A stretch of 64,000 nt of DNA from Magallana gigas (taxonomy: Eukaryota). Below are positions 12,488 through 24,100 of this stretch, piece by piece; positions within the stretch are counted from its first letter, which is position 1; each line of letters opens with the position of its first letter. A program made the position numbers and the translations under genes. The notes under the pieces are model-generated. The model did no database searches. It was given only the letters and a program-made list of their open reading frames with translations, and had not been told where the DNA came from. Location of the stretch: the NCBI RefSeq assembly GCF_963853765.1, contig NC_088855.1, positions 53,878,001-53,942,000 on the forward strand, read 5' to 3'.

Positions 12488-12518
12488 GAGAAGAAGAAGA
12501 AGAAGAAGAAGAAGAAGA
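12488..12518 (+). repeat. (GAA)n microsatellite
   Basis: Run gagaagaagaagaagaagaagaagaagaa; it produces the poly-Lys and poly-Phe stretches in the overlapping ORF calls. Confidence 0.9.
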
Positions 12519-13624
12519 ATATACTAGTAGTTGCTCGAATAATGAAAAAAGAATACACTTGGGAAAACAACTCAACGAGCAACATATTCTTTAAACAGTG
12601 GGAGGATTTGAGAAAATGGGATCTGTATAAATGGGATGTTTCGAGGAATTTTACTAATCCAACTGACATTGTTTTAGATAAAAAGGACGTCATTTACATG
12701 GACACTCTCCAAACAGTGCTCAGTTTGTCAAAAACTTATGGATGTTTGTGAAATTTGCTGAGTGAACATTTACATCATATACATTTATAAAAATGCTTTT
12801 GACTTTTCAAATGTAGTCAAAAGTTATTTAAAAGAATTGAGCATTCTTAATATGTTAGATGACACCCAGATCATATTACGAAATTTAAATGGTATCATCT
12901 AATAAGTTTATGAAATTGTTTTAGAAGTAATGTTGCATTTAAAACCAATAGCTCCAAGCAATTTAAATGCTTTGGAACAATTTTTGAAATCTGATAACGT
13001 TTAACGAGGTGACACAATTTCTGTGAAATTTTGTTTCAAAAATGTTTCATTACACCCACTTCTGTAAATGTTTTGTTATGCTTGTTTCTAACACCAAGAT
13101 AACCATCCTCTCTTATTTTTTATAGTTAAGGACGTTGTTCACTCAGGGGTTGAGTTCTCAAATCCGGATTGTTAAGAAGTTCAATTTAATGAGTAAAATT
13201 TGTTTTAAATACAAAACGTATTTATGAAATGAACTATTATTGACATAACAATCGATATTTTTACTAAATTATGGAATTAGGCTCAGACAAAGTTTGACTT
13301 TTAGCAAAGCAGAGGAAATTCGGATTAAATTTTTCAGATTTTGTTTTCCACTGAAATATTTTTGATAGTACTATAATATTTAAAGTTAAAATTTTATTTG
13401 TTAGTCAACATAATTTTGCATATTTTCTGTTGGTTTTATCTTGCTTTTTCGTTTAGATAATCGTATGGCACACACTACAAAAATATTGAAAAATGCTTAA
13501 AAATGATAAAAGACATCATATCTCAAAATTTTGATCATTGACCTCATATAAATTTTATGCCAGGAGAGAAAGGTCATTATACTTAGTTTAATACTATAAA
13601 TGTTTTAGCATTATCATCATTCAG

Positions 13625-15897
13625 TTTTTAGCTCACCTGAACCGAAGGTTCAAGTGAGCTTTTCTGATCACCCGTTGTCCGTCGTCCGTCCGTCCGTCCG
13701 TCCGTCCGTCTGTCTGTCTGTCCGTCCGTCTGTAAACTTTTCACATTTTCAACTTCTTCTCAAAAACCACTGGGCCAAATTTAACCAAATTTGGTACAAA
13801 GCATCCTTATGGAAAGGGGGTTATAAATTGTAAAAATAAAGGGCACAGCCCTTTTCAAAAGGGAGATAATTGCGAAACAGTAAGTATAGGGTGCATGTCT
13901 TTAAAAATCTTCTTCTCAAGAACCACTGCACCAGAAATGCCAATATTTACACAAAAGCTTGTATATATAGTGAAGATTCTAAATTGTAAAAATCGTGACC
14001 CTCGGACCAAAATTGGGGCCCCAGGCGGGGTTCAAAGTTTAACATAGAAATACATAGGAAAATTTTTTAAAAATCTTCTTCTCAAGAACCACTGCACCAG
14101 AAATGCCAATATTTACACATAAGCTTGTATACATAGTGAAGATTCTAAATTGTAACAATCGTGACCCTCGGACCAAAACTGGGGCCCCAGGCGGGGTTCA
14201 AATTTAACATAGATATACCTTAGGAAAATGTTTAAAAAATCTTCTTCTCAAGAACCACTGCACCAGAAATGCCAATATTTACACAAAAGCTTGTATATAT
14301 AGTGAAGATTCTAAATTGTAACAATCGTGACCCTCGGACCAAAACTGGGGCCCCAGGCGGGGTTCAAAGTTTAACATAGATATACCTTAGGAAAATGTTT
14401 AAAAAATCTTCTTCTCAAGAACCACTGCACCAGAAATGCCAATATTTACACAAAAGCTTGTATATATAATGAAGATTCTAAATTGTAGAACTCGTGACCC
14501 TCGGACCAAAACTGGGGCCCCAGGCGGGGTTCAAAGTTTAACATAGAACTACATATGAAAAATGTTTAAAAATTTTCTTCTCAAAAACCACTTCACCAAA
14601 AATGCCAATACATACACAAACGGTTGTATATATAGTGAAGATTGTAAAAATCGTGACCCCTGAACAAAAAAGTGGGGCCCCAGTAGGGGTTTAGATTTTA
14701 ACATATATAGGAAAATGTTTTAAAATCTTCTTCTCAAGAACTATAGTGCAACTGTTTGGGATATTACTATGCATACATGTACATCCTTAAATAATGTAGA
14801 TTCAAAAATTTGTAACTCCCGGACAATTGATGGGCACCAAGAGGGGTTCAAAATTTAAACATTTTAAAAAACATAAAGGAAAAGTTTAAAAATGTTCTTC
14901 TCAAGAACTACAATGTTTTAGTTTGTGGAATTTCTATGCCTTCGCTCATGTAGATTCCTAATTGGTAAAATCGTGACCCCCGGACCAATACTGGGGCCCC
15001 AAGATGGGGTCAAAGTTTATTATAGAAATATAAAGGTAACGTTAAAATATCTTCTTCTCGAGAACTACAATGCCTCAATTTGTGAGATTACTATCATGCA
15101 TACAACCTTGGATAATGAAGGTTCGACAGTTTTAAAATAGTGACCCCTGGACTAATACTAGGGACCCAACATGGGTTTAAAGTTAAATGTAGAAGTACCG
15201 GTATATATGGAAAATGTTTAAAAATCTTCTTTTCGAGAACTACAATGCATCAATTTGTCAGATAACTACGTAAGCACCCTCAAATAGTGTAGATTCGAAA
15301 TTATAAAAGCTGTGACCTCAATCTAATACTGGGGCCCCAAGAGGTGTTCAAAGTTTAGCATAGAAATATAGAGGGAAAATGTTGAAAAATCTTTTTCTAG
15401 GGAACTATAATGCTTCAGCTTGTGAGATAACTATGCAAGCATCCTTAAATAATGTAGATTCCAAATAATTAAAACTTTAGCCCTGGACTAATACTGTGGC
15501 CCCAAGAGGGGTTCAAAGTTTAACATAGAAAGATATATTGAAAATGTTTTTAAAAAGTTTTTCTCGAGAACTATAATGCTACAGTTTGTGAGATTATTAT
15601 GCAAGGATCCTCAAATTGTGTAAACTCTAATGTAGTGGAACCAAGAGTTATCTTTCTTGATGTTCTGTACAGTCTGAGAGTTATTTCTCTTGAAGTGGAA
15701 CTCTGCTACGTTCAGTTTTTCAGGTTGTGTACGTGCGGTCCTACCGCAGTGCTACACATTTTCATTCCTATGTTACTGTTTATGTTGTTCAAGCCAACCA
15801 TAAACCTCGGACCATAACTGGGTCCCCAGAAAGGGGTTCAATGTTTAAAATAGAAAAAGCATATGCTACGAAATGTAATGTTACAAGGAACTGCTGT

Positions 15898-15931
<34 letters not shown>
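13625..15931 (+). mobile_element. Helentron-associated non-autonomous element (HINE; Helitron-N type of oysters) carrying a satellite array
   Basis: 5' end TTTTTAGCTCACCTGAACCGAAGGTTCAAGTGAGCTTTTCTGATCAC (subterminal palindrome), then (GTCC)n/(GTCT)n at ~13677-13732, then a central tandem array. 3' end CAGGTGAGCGATGTGGCCCATGGGCCTCTTGTT has the inverse of GCTCACCTG plus a hairpin. This structure is established for C. gigas HINEs. Confidence 0.85.
13900..15620 (+). repeat. ~166-bp tandem repeat array (Cg170-like satellite), about 11 units
   Basis: The anchor TTCTTCTCAAG (or variants) ends at ~13920, 14086, 14252, 14419, 14585, 14738, 14905, 15062, 15237, 15401 and 15568; spacing is 153-175 bp, mostly 166-167. 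Confidence 0.85.
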
Positions 15932-15933
<2 letters not shown>

Positions 15934-18900
15934 GTTATATTGAATCAAAAATGGGTAGTAATTTGAAAACTGAAAGAGGAAATTCGGATTAGAATACCCT
16001 AAAAAATTGTGAATGAAAACTTAATTCTTTGTATCTATTTAATGTCACTACCATTCATAAACTGTATTTCATTTGTCAAAGAATTAAGCAATTTGTATTA
16101 TTTTCACAATTAAGAAAATCTCAATCATAGAGTAAATTTTTTATGGATTTTTCTTAAATTTTCAAAAAATATTCAGTGGCCATTAACTCATAAAGTAGGT
16201 CATTGACCTACTTATTTGAAAGTGAAGAATAACACTACCATGTAAGGTCTACAACACACAGTAGTTGGTTTTTCATTATCATCAGTGGAATTTTTTTTCA
16301 TTCTGAGTAAACGTCATCCTTAAGTGATGGATAATATTAGTAATGTAACAATCAAATAAAGAAGACCAACTAACTTTTGCCAAGACACGTAGTTGCAAAT
16401 CATGTTATGACTGAAATTTATTGATTTTCAAGATTTAAATGTCTGGTCTTACAAAAATCATTTGGGAGGGAAAGCACAAGTTGCAATGGATTTTCTAGGG
16501 TGAATGTTATCTAAGAATAGATCTTCCGAGAAATAAGTCAGTGAATATATCATAAACAAGAAAACATTCTTTGAAAATATACCACTTGCAGGAATTTCAA
16601 CATAGCGTTGGTAAGTAAAATTACACTTCATCATGGTCTTTTGTCAATGTAACATGCGTGCGGGCATACCATAAGTCATACATGTAAGTGGTAAAGTAAA
16701 CTCTCATGTAAAATCCTTTTTTGTTTCCAAAAATGGGACATTTTGTCAAGTGATTTAAACATTCGTATCAAAGAGGGTTAACATCCCAACAAATCGTATC
16801 AGAAAAAACAACTGTAGTGGAGTTAAAAGGACCCAATTGTTGGGTAAAAAAAGGTACAAGCTGCATCTGCGTAATTTAGTCAAGTTAATGTTAACTTAAG
16901 GGACTGAACAGGTGACAAATGCGCAGAGTTATGTCACCCAGTTGGCTTTTATAACGATTTAGTCACATTTCACTTAACTGATTATATAAAATTTATCTAG
17001 TAATTTAGTTTAGTAAATATTTTATGTTCCAAATTCCATTCGATTTTGTTCAATTTTACTTCAATTTAGGATATGTTTCACCTGTCATTGGTTTTCTTTA
17101 GTACTTCTTGGTAGGTATGCAATCCGGCTCTTTTTAATTCTATAAATAGATAATACAAACATTTATGCCAGTTTTCCAATGTCAATCACAATCAACAATC
17201 TCCATGTTTTTAAAAACCCTGAATGTTAACTTTACGATCTAATTTACATAGCTATGTTATTCGGTTACCTGTAGTTACCAGTCACATTTCAGTTGACTGA
17301 ATGGCAGATAATCACCCTGTTATCCCTCCAATAGCGCAGAATTGTGAGTACTTAATCTAGCTTGTAGATCAACAGTTTACATAGACGTGTAGTAAATACT
17401 TTTTTAAAACTTCCCTTCGATATTTTTTTAATGCTACCTCAATTTAGGATATCCTGCATCGGCCACTAATTTTGTTCGATTCTTATTGGAAGGTATGTTT
17501 GGTTGTANNNNNNNNNNNNNNNNNNNNNNNNNNNNNNNNNNNNNNNNNNNNNNNNNNNNNNNNNNNNNNNNNNNNNNNNNNNNNNNNNNNNNNNNNNNNN
17601 NNNNNNNNNNNNNNNNNNNNNNNNNNNNNNNNNNNNNNNNATTGTTCGAATGTCCATCACAATCAACAAACTTTCTCTATTTTTTAAGCTTTTTTTAAAT
17701 CAAACAGTGTACATAAATTTATACCTATTGTTTTCAATATATATGTACTGAATTCCTTGACTCATATTCTTGGTTTTACAAATATTGTTTAAAATTTAGA
17801 TCAGTATTAATGAAAAAGTTTTTAAAGGATTTATTTTTAAAGAATTGAGTAAGGGCCAAAATTTATGAAACGTTCAAACATAGTGTAGTAAGTAAAATTA
17901 CACTTCATTTGTTGCTTCTGGTTTGTCTGTTTAACATACATGTACTTACACGGATGCCAAAAGTGTGAAATGAATACTCTTAGGCAATAACCATTTTTGT
18001 ACCTACGAATAAAAATTTGGTGTTAAGTTTTTCTTTTGACACATATCCAAGAGGGTTGGTAGTGCAACATACCACCCACAATCATGTATGACAACAAAAC
18101 AGAGGAAACAGTAGTTCTGGTTTTTTAAACTCAAAGAAAGAGGTTTTTTAATATGAATTCTCTCAAAGAAATGTATTTATTGGTTTAGATATAATAAAGC
18201 AGATAATGAAGTCAAATTAAAGTTGGGATTAAGATGCTCAATTGAATATAAATAAACAATGGAATCAAAAAGATATAGCAAAGCCAAATGATATGCAAGT
18301 CTCAGTCGTTTATTCCAGTTGATTACAAGCCATCAACAACCTCTTATATCAACTCTTTTGGTTGAATATTTTTTTTTATTTTGTGCACTTAACTGATACA
18401 TGTACAAATGTTTAACTTGAGAAAGTACAACTTGCAACATAGTTATTAAAACATAGTTATTAGATTCCTACAGCTCATATTGTGCAATAAATTCTCAATG
18501 AATGCAAAATACAAAGNNNNNNNNNNNNNNNNNNNNNNNNNNNNNNNNNNNNNNNNNNNNNNNNNNNNNNNNNNNNNNNNNNNNNNNNNNNNNNNNNNNN
18601 NNNNNNNNNNNNNNNNNNNNNNNNNNNNNNNNNNNNNNNNNNNNNNNNAATTCAAAATATCTCGCTAAAGCTAATAATTTTAAACAGACCATAATGTAAA
18701 CATTGCAATCCTAGCCTTTCGTTCAACAGCACATGGGCATCGATCGTAAATTTTTCAGCATGGCTTTCAGAAAGAGTGCAAAAAGTCAGAATTTACTAGA
18801 AAATGATCAAAGGAGATGAAAATAAAGCACAAATAAGAACATGATATCTTGTACGTGATAAAAATAATTATTCTACTTTTGTTATCAATACATCATCTTA

Positions 18901-21182
18901 TCTTAAGAATATTTAAACATCTAGATCTGCCAGGGATTTTCATTTTCTTTCTGTGTGAAGTGTCTCAATTAAAAGAACGTTTTAAGGTTGAACCAGGAGT
19001 AGAGATCAAAAATAGGCATCGTCACACAGGTAAATAACCCCTTCGATCTCGTTACACTTAAGCGCACACCTGAACCTTTTTTTTCGTGCTCTTTGCATTT
19101 TATGCATTTATTTTTTTATTTTATATGCACATTTTGTTTGTTAATGATGCGTTAATCCATATATTTGATGTTAGTGTTCTTCGAGTTTGAAAAGGAGCGT
19201 GAAATTTAATAATTTCATCGCGACACAGAGGAAAATTGTACGTTCACACAGATGAGACCTTTACAGCATAATAATTTAAATTCATAAGGGGTTTGCGGCT
19301 TGCGGTGTGTTGGCAAATAAACAAGATGATATTAATTTTACTATGTTCGCGATTTATCATTTTCCCACGAAATTAAACCCATCGTGATTTCTACTTTGTT
19401 CTGATCAATTAATTTTCTAACAGCGTGAAATTAAACTAATCCCGATTGGTACTTTATTAGAAGTCGTGAAAGTTTTACACCTTGGATTTTAAACGTCTTA
19501 CACTATATAGGGGTTGTAGGGATAGCTGTAATAAAAGAGAAATATAGCGGACAGTGCCTAAAGTGTTCAGCTTGAACTATGAAATTTAAGTTTTGACGAA
19601 AGTTCTATATTCCGGAACATTTTAAACACACAATCACAAGTTTATTATTGCAGTAAAAAGATTCAAACTTTCGGTATATGCACAATTTTTATTCTTTTAT
19701 TGAGCCGCGTTTAAAAAAAAAGAAAATATCAAGATGAGGAAAATGAACTATACTGTTTCTTTGAATATAGATGACCTGATATCTATCTTACTTTTATAAA
19801 ATGCCATGATAGTAGCTTTCTAAATAACTTTGCTATTCTTTGCTATTTTTACAACAGGTATCTTGAAAGCAATTTAACTAAAAAATGTGTGCTGTACTGG
19901 AGCTGCAATTACTTTATAAATGTTCTTTCAATAGACAATATTTCATGTTTATTTGAGGAAAAAATAATTACACTATGACAAATTCCACCTTGTAAAAAAA
20001 CCACCAAAATATTCTGTTGCTCATGGTACACTGGTTATAGTATAATTTTAGTGGTATGGGGCACTGCCATGCTGTGAGGTACTTTTTATCGGTGAAAAGA
20101 TGTGAACATTTTCCGAAATAAATCTTCGTAAGAAATTTGTTTTCGTTCCTGTAAACTTTTAAGTGAAAAAAAATAATGTGTCAATGAGGATACCTTGAAT
20201 ATTTTCCCTTCCATCTATTTCAAAGGTATATCTTTCACGGGTATGTATATTGTCATTGAAATTCATCAAAAAGTGTTAAAACAATAACCTGGGGCATACT
20301 TCAGAAAATAGATTGAATTTTTTTAAACATCTTCTCTCTTCTCCTTATGGAAAAGTACCATTGATATTAACCATCATGCATTATTACCAATTGCTAACTG
20401 TCAATAATTAGGTACATGTATTGATTTAGTGTTCAGTTATAAAACGTTCGATACTGTATGTATTCATCGCAACGAAAGTTCCATGGTATTATTGGATAAA
20501 CTTATATTACAACACAATGTATTGATTTCTCTGAAGAACAAACGATTCTAATGTCAAACATACCAACCAGCAAGTTAACAAACCACCTGTTATAGGTTTA
20601 CGGTTTCTTCAGAAAATAATGAATAAATGGTAAAGCAAAGGTAGCTAAGTTTTAAAATGAAATCAGTTCTGTTAGAAATTCGCAGTTCGTCTTGTCAGAC
20701 TTTTACCTTACATCAAATTACACAGATTGTACGTACTTATTTACGTACTTATTATAACATGAATAATCCAAACACTTGCTTTATATCAAAGATTTTACAT
20801 AACAGAAACTATCACTGTTTTGCTTGAAATAAACGGTAATTTTTTATGCAGGTTATAGGGTAATTACATGTATACAATCTGGTTTCGGAAGATTTCTTAT
20901 GAAAGCTGTATGAAATAAAAAGGTAGGGGCAATTTATGAGAGTTTCCTCAGTGATATGTTATCAAAAGAAGTTATAATTTCTTGTGCCCTTTCGATAAGA
21001 TCTACATGTACATATGCTTGCATTTAATTATCAAAGTTATTGATCAATAAAATGATATGATTTGGGTTATTTACCTTTAAATAATGGAACAATTTTGTTG
21101 TCTCGAGCAGCTCTCAATGTCGTTGTTTTGACCATAGAACTTACAATGATTTCAGAATAAGGTTTTTAAATTATATATATAG

Positions 21183-24100
21183 ATGGGTTCCGTAACGTCC
21201 AAGAAAGAACAAACTATTGTTGTTCAGCCAATTCAGACCTTATCGACTGACGAAGATATGCTAGAAAAGCATTCGAATATGTCATCGAACAAAATGACAG
21301 CCGATCAGGTTCTGGAAGAGAGTGATTTAGAGGAAACTGAATCCATGTCGGAGAAAAGTATCTTACTGACAGAGAACGAAATTGAGGAAATGAAAACCAA
21401 CACGTTCAAATCTCTTGAAAAAAATCTTTATATTCTTTCGGACATTATTGGACACTTTAATGAAAAGGAATTTTTTGATGAAGATTTTGTTCAGGCAGCA
21501 TATGATCTCCAAAGACACAGTTCTGCTTTAGATCACGCAAGCTTAGAAATTAACCATCAATTTGAAAAAGAGCTCGGAGATGTGTTTGTTCAATTTAGCG
21601 GAGTAAAAACAGCCTGTGATGTAGTTGTGTTCTGTTTAAATAAAGGATATTATGATGAGGAAAATGAATTGATCGATGGAGTATCGAATCCACTGAACAG
21701 TTGTTTGGGAACACTGCTGAACTTTACTGATGCTAATGCTAGGCACTGTCACTTACTGGTGGAACATGGCGAATTCCTGCCCCAGATCCTGAAGGCTTTA
21801 CAGAGGTTGACATCAAGTCATCTGGAGGACAACATGCGGGTGTGTTATCGTACTTGTAAATTTTTATATTTATTCAATAGTGATTAATTTCAAGTTTGTT
21901 TCCAAATGACAAATATTTTCAAGAATTTATGAATATATCGATGTTAATAGAAATTGTTGTTATCTAGGAGAAAATCGTGTTTTTGCATTTAACTACTACT
22001 GTAAATTTTAATATCATTTCCAAAATAGAAATATATTAGATCACAGTTAAGATGACGTAAACCCATCAATACACAAATTCTTTCATAAGAGAAAATGTTT
22101 ATAGAAAAATTCTTAATCTCTAAATTTTACAATTAAAAGGTCTTAAAGTGTGTTTAAAAATTAAGCAGCCTGCTTGAGACAAGGTATACCGTGTGACTAG
22201 AATTGTCTTTTGTCTCAACGTTTTAGTACAATGCATTTATCTTTTTAATCACAGGAAAATGATGACGAACTTCTTGATCACTATATATCCATAATTCACA
22301 ATATTGCTCAAAGCGAAAATTGCAATACTGAGCTGAGGAAAATTGGATTTGTTGAAGTGCTTTTGCCCTACCTAAAATCCAGAAGTGATTCCATTCTTTT
22401 GGTTACCCTAACTACCCTGGCTGACTTGGTCGATGACTCTGAAGCTAAGCATCTAGAAGCAAATAGGGATCTCTTCAAATTTCTTCTGAAATGTTTAACC
22501 TACTCATTAAATGATCGCCATCGAAGATGTGAAGGCTGGTCTGCCATGGAATTAACCAGAAGTAATTAAAACTTACATATCATCTCGGGGTTGTTTTGTA
22601 GTTAAAAATATATGATCAGGGACAAAACAGTTATGCAGAGTTTTCACACGTTATCAGTTTATAATCATTTATGTGACCTAATACCGCGTTGTGAAGGAAA
22701 ACGCGGCAATAGGTCACGTAAGTAATCTCGTCTTCGCAAATTGTGCGGCATAAGTCGTCCTTTATTAACGGACCATTTTATCCTCTTGAAAACTAAAAGG
22801 CCTAATCATCATTGTTTATGTGAAATTACTTTAAATTAAACAATATTTAGTTTAAAACTGTTTATGACTTTTAAGAGTGAATATATCTAAAAAATAATAA
22901 TAACATATAAATACTAGTATTTGACGGTCCTATGGAATGACAAAACAGCACCACAAATATCTTTGGTGAGGTTATATGAAATGTTTACCTTTAAATAATG
23001 CAATGTTTTTGTTGCAAGAGGATTGTTGTCTCTTGAAAAACTGTAAAGAAAATATATTTGGTAAATATAATTTCAAGGTGTCACCCTTTTTTCAAGCGCT
23101 AAGCATAGCTCATTGCTTTATTGTCGTAAGACTTCATCGAAAAACCGCTCCCTATGAGCAGAAATATTCACCTTTTCAACTGGTTAGAGAACCATTTTCA
23201 GGGGTTCACGTACATAATTGCACGAGCTATTGTTGTTTGGGCTATTGTGAATCTAATGTGCGGGGCTTACGTACATCACTGCAGGGGATGCCACGAAGTG
23301 ATAAGGAAATATATTGCGCATAATGAAGCTGAAATATAGAAAAATCAAATCGCTTTTTTTAAGGTCTTTCAATCTATACACCCACAGTTTATATTAATTT
23401 TCAACAGAAGATCACAAAACATAATTATACTTATCAAATATCAGAATGATGATAGGAATACTATAGGTATTTTAACAGATTTTTTTAACAGATTTTTAAA
23501 ATGTTTTTTCGTGTTTTTGTAAAATAATTTAAAAAAAAAATTAACTATCAACAAATTAAGAGATCTTTTATGTCATATGATGGATATTTCCTTCGGACAC
23601 TTAATCACTTCTTAAATAAATCACTTCTTAACATTAAGAAATGTTATTATTTCAATTTTTTAAATATTTCCCCAAAACATTATTTTTCATATTTTCTTAC
23701 TCTGCTGACAAATCATCTGAAAAAGCTGCTTGATGTTATAAGAAAATGTATTTTAATAAATGAGACATAAAAAATTGAATGAAAATCATTGCAAATAAAC
23801 ACAAAAAATATTTTAAATTTTATTTGGACTGAAAGTTCCTCAGGTAAGAGTTATCGTTCCTAAGGCCCAAACACTTTGGGGACTTTTCATTTCTGAGTTA
23901 AAGAAAATTTTGTGTTGGAATAATAAAAACATAAAAATTTAATCATATGCCTATATAAGTGAATATATTCGTTTTAATACAAAACTAAGTCAAATTAATA
24001 AAGGGAAAAATTAACTGATAGGATTTACATGTATGTATCCCAACATGAGAGAAATTCAAAGCCACCCTCCCATCTCCTTAAGGTGGTAAGGAACATCTGT

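Larger units (their letters stand above)
13130..16319 (+). mobile_element. Kolobok-like non-autonomous TIR element (family A), host of the nested Helentron-type element
   Basis: TTAA at 13126-13129 and 16320-16323. Inverted termini GGACGTTGTTCACTCAG... / ...CTGAGTAAACGTCATCC. Segments 13130-13620 and 15930-16319 match the uninterrupted copy at 43010-43883. Confidence 0.7.

Noticed and set aside
12409-12693. Minus-strand ORF with poly-Phe as a membrane protein
   Set aside because: The poly-Phe is the reverse complement of the (GAA)n microsatellite.
13900-15620. Regular repeat array as a CRISPR array, and ORFs 14925-15140, 15599-15817 and 15727-15966 as genes
   Set aside because: The units are ~166-bp full-length tandem monomers without unique spacers, inside a eukaryotic HINE. 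The ORFs are chance read-through of repeat sequence.
17466-18699. ORFs containing long X runs
   Set aside because: Artefacts of translating across N gaps; the same applies to 46444-46659.
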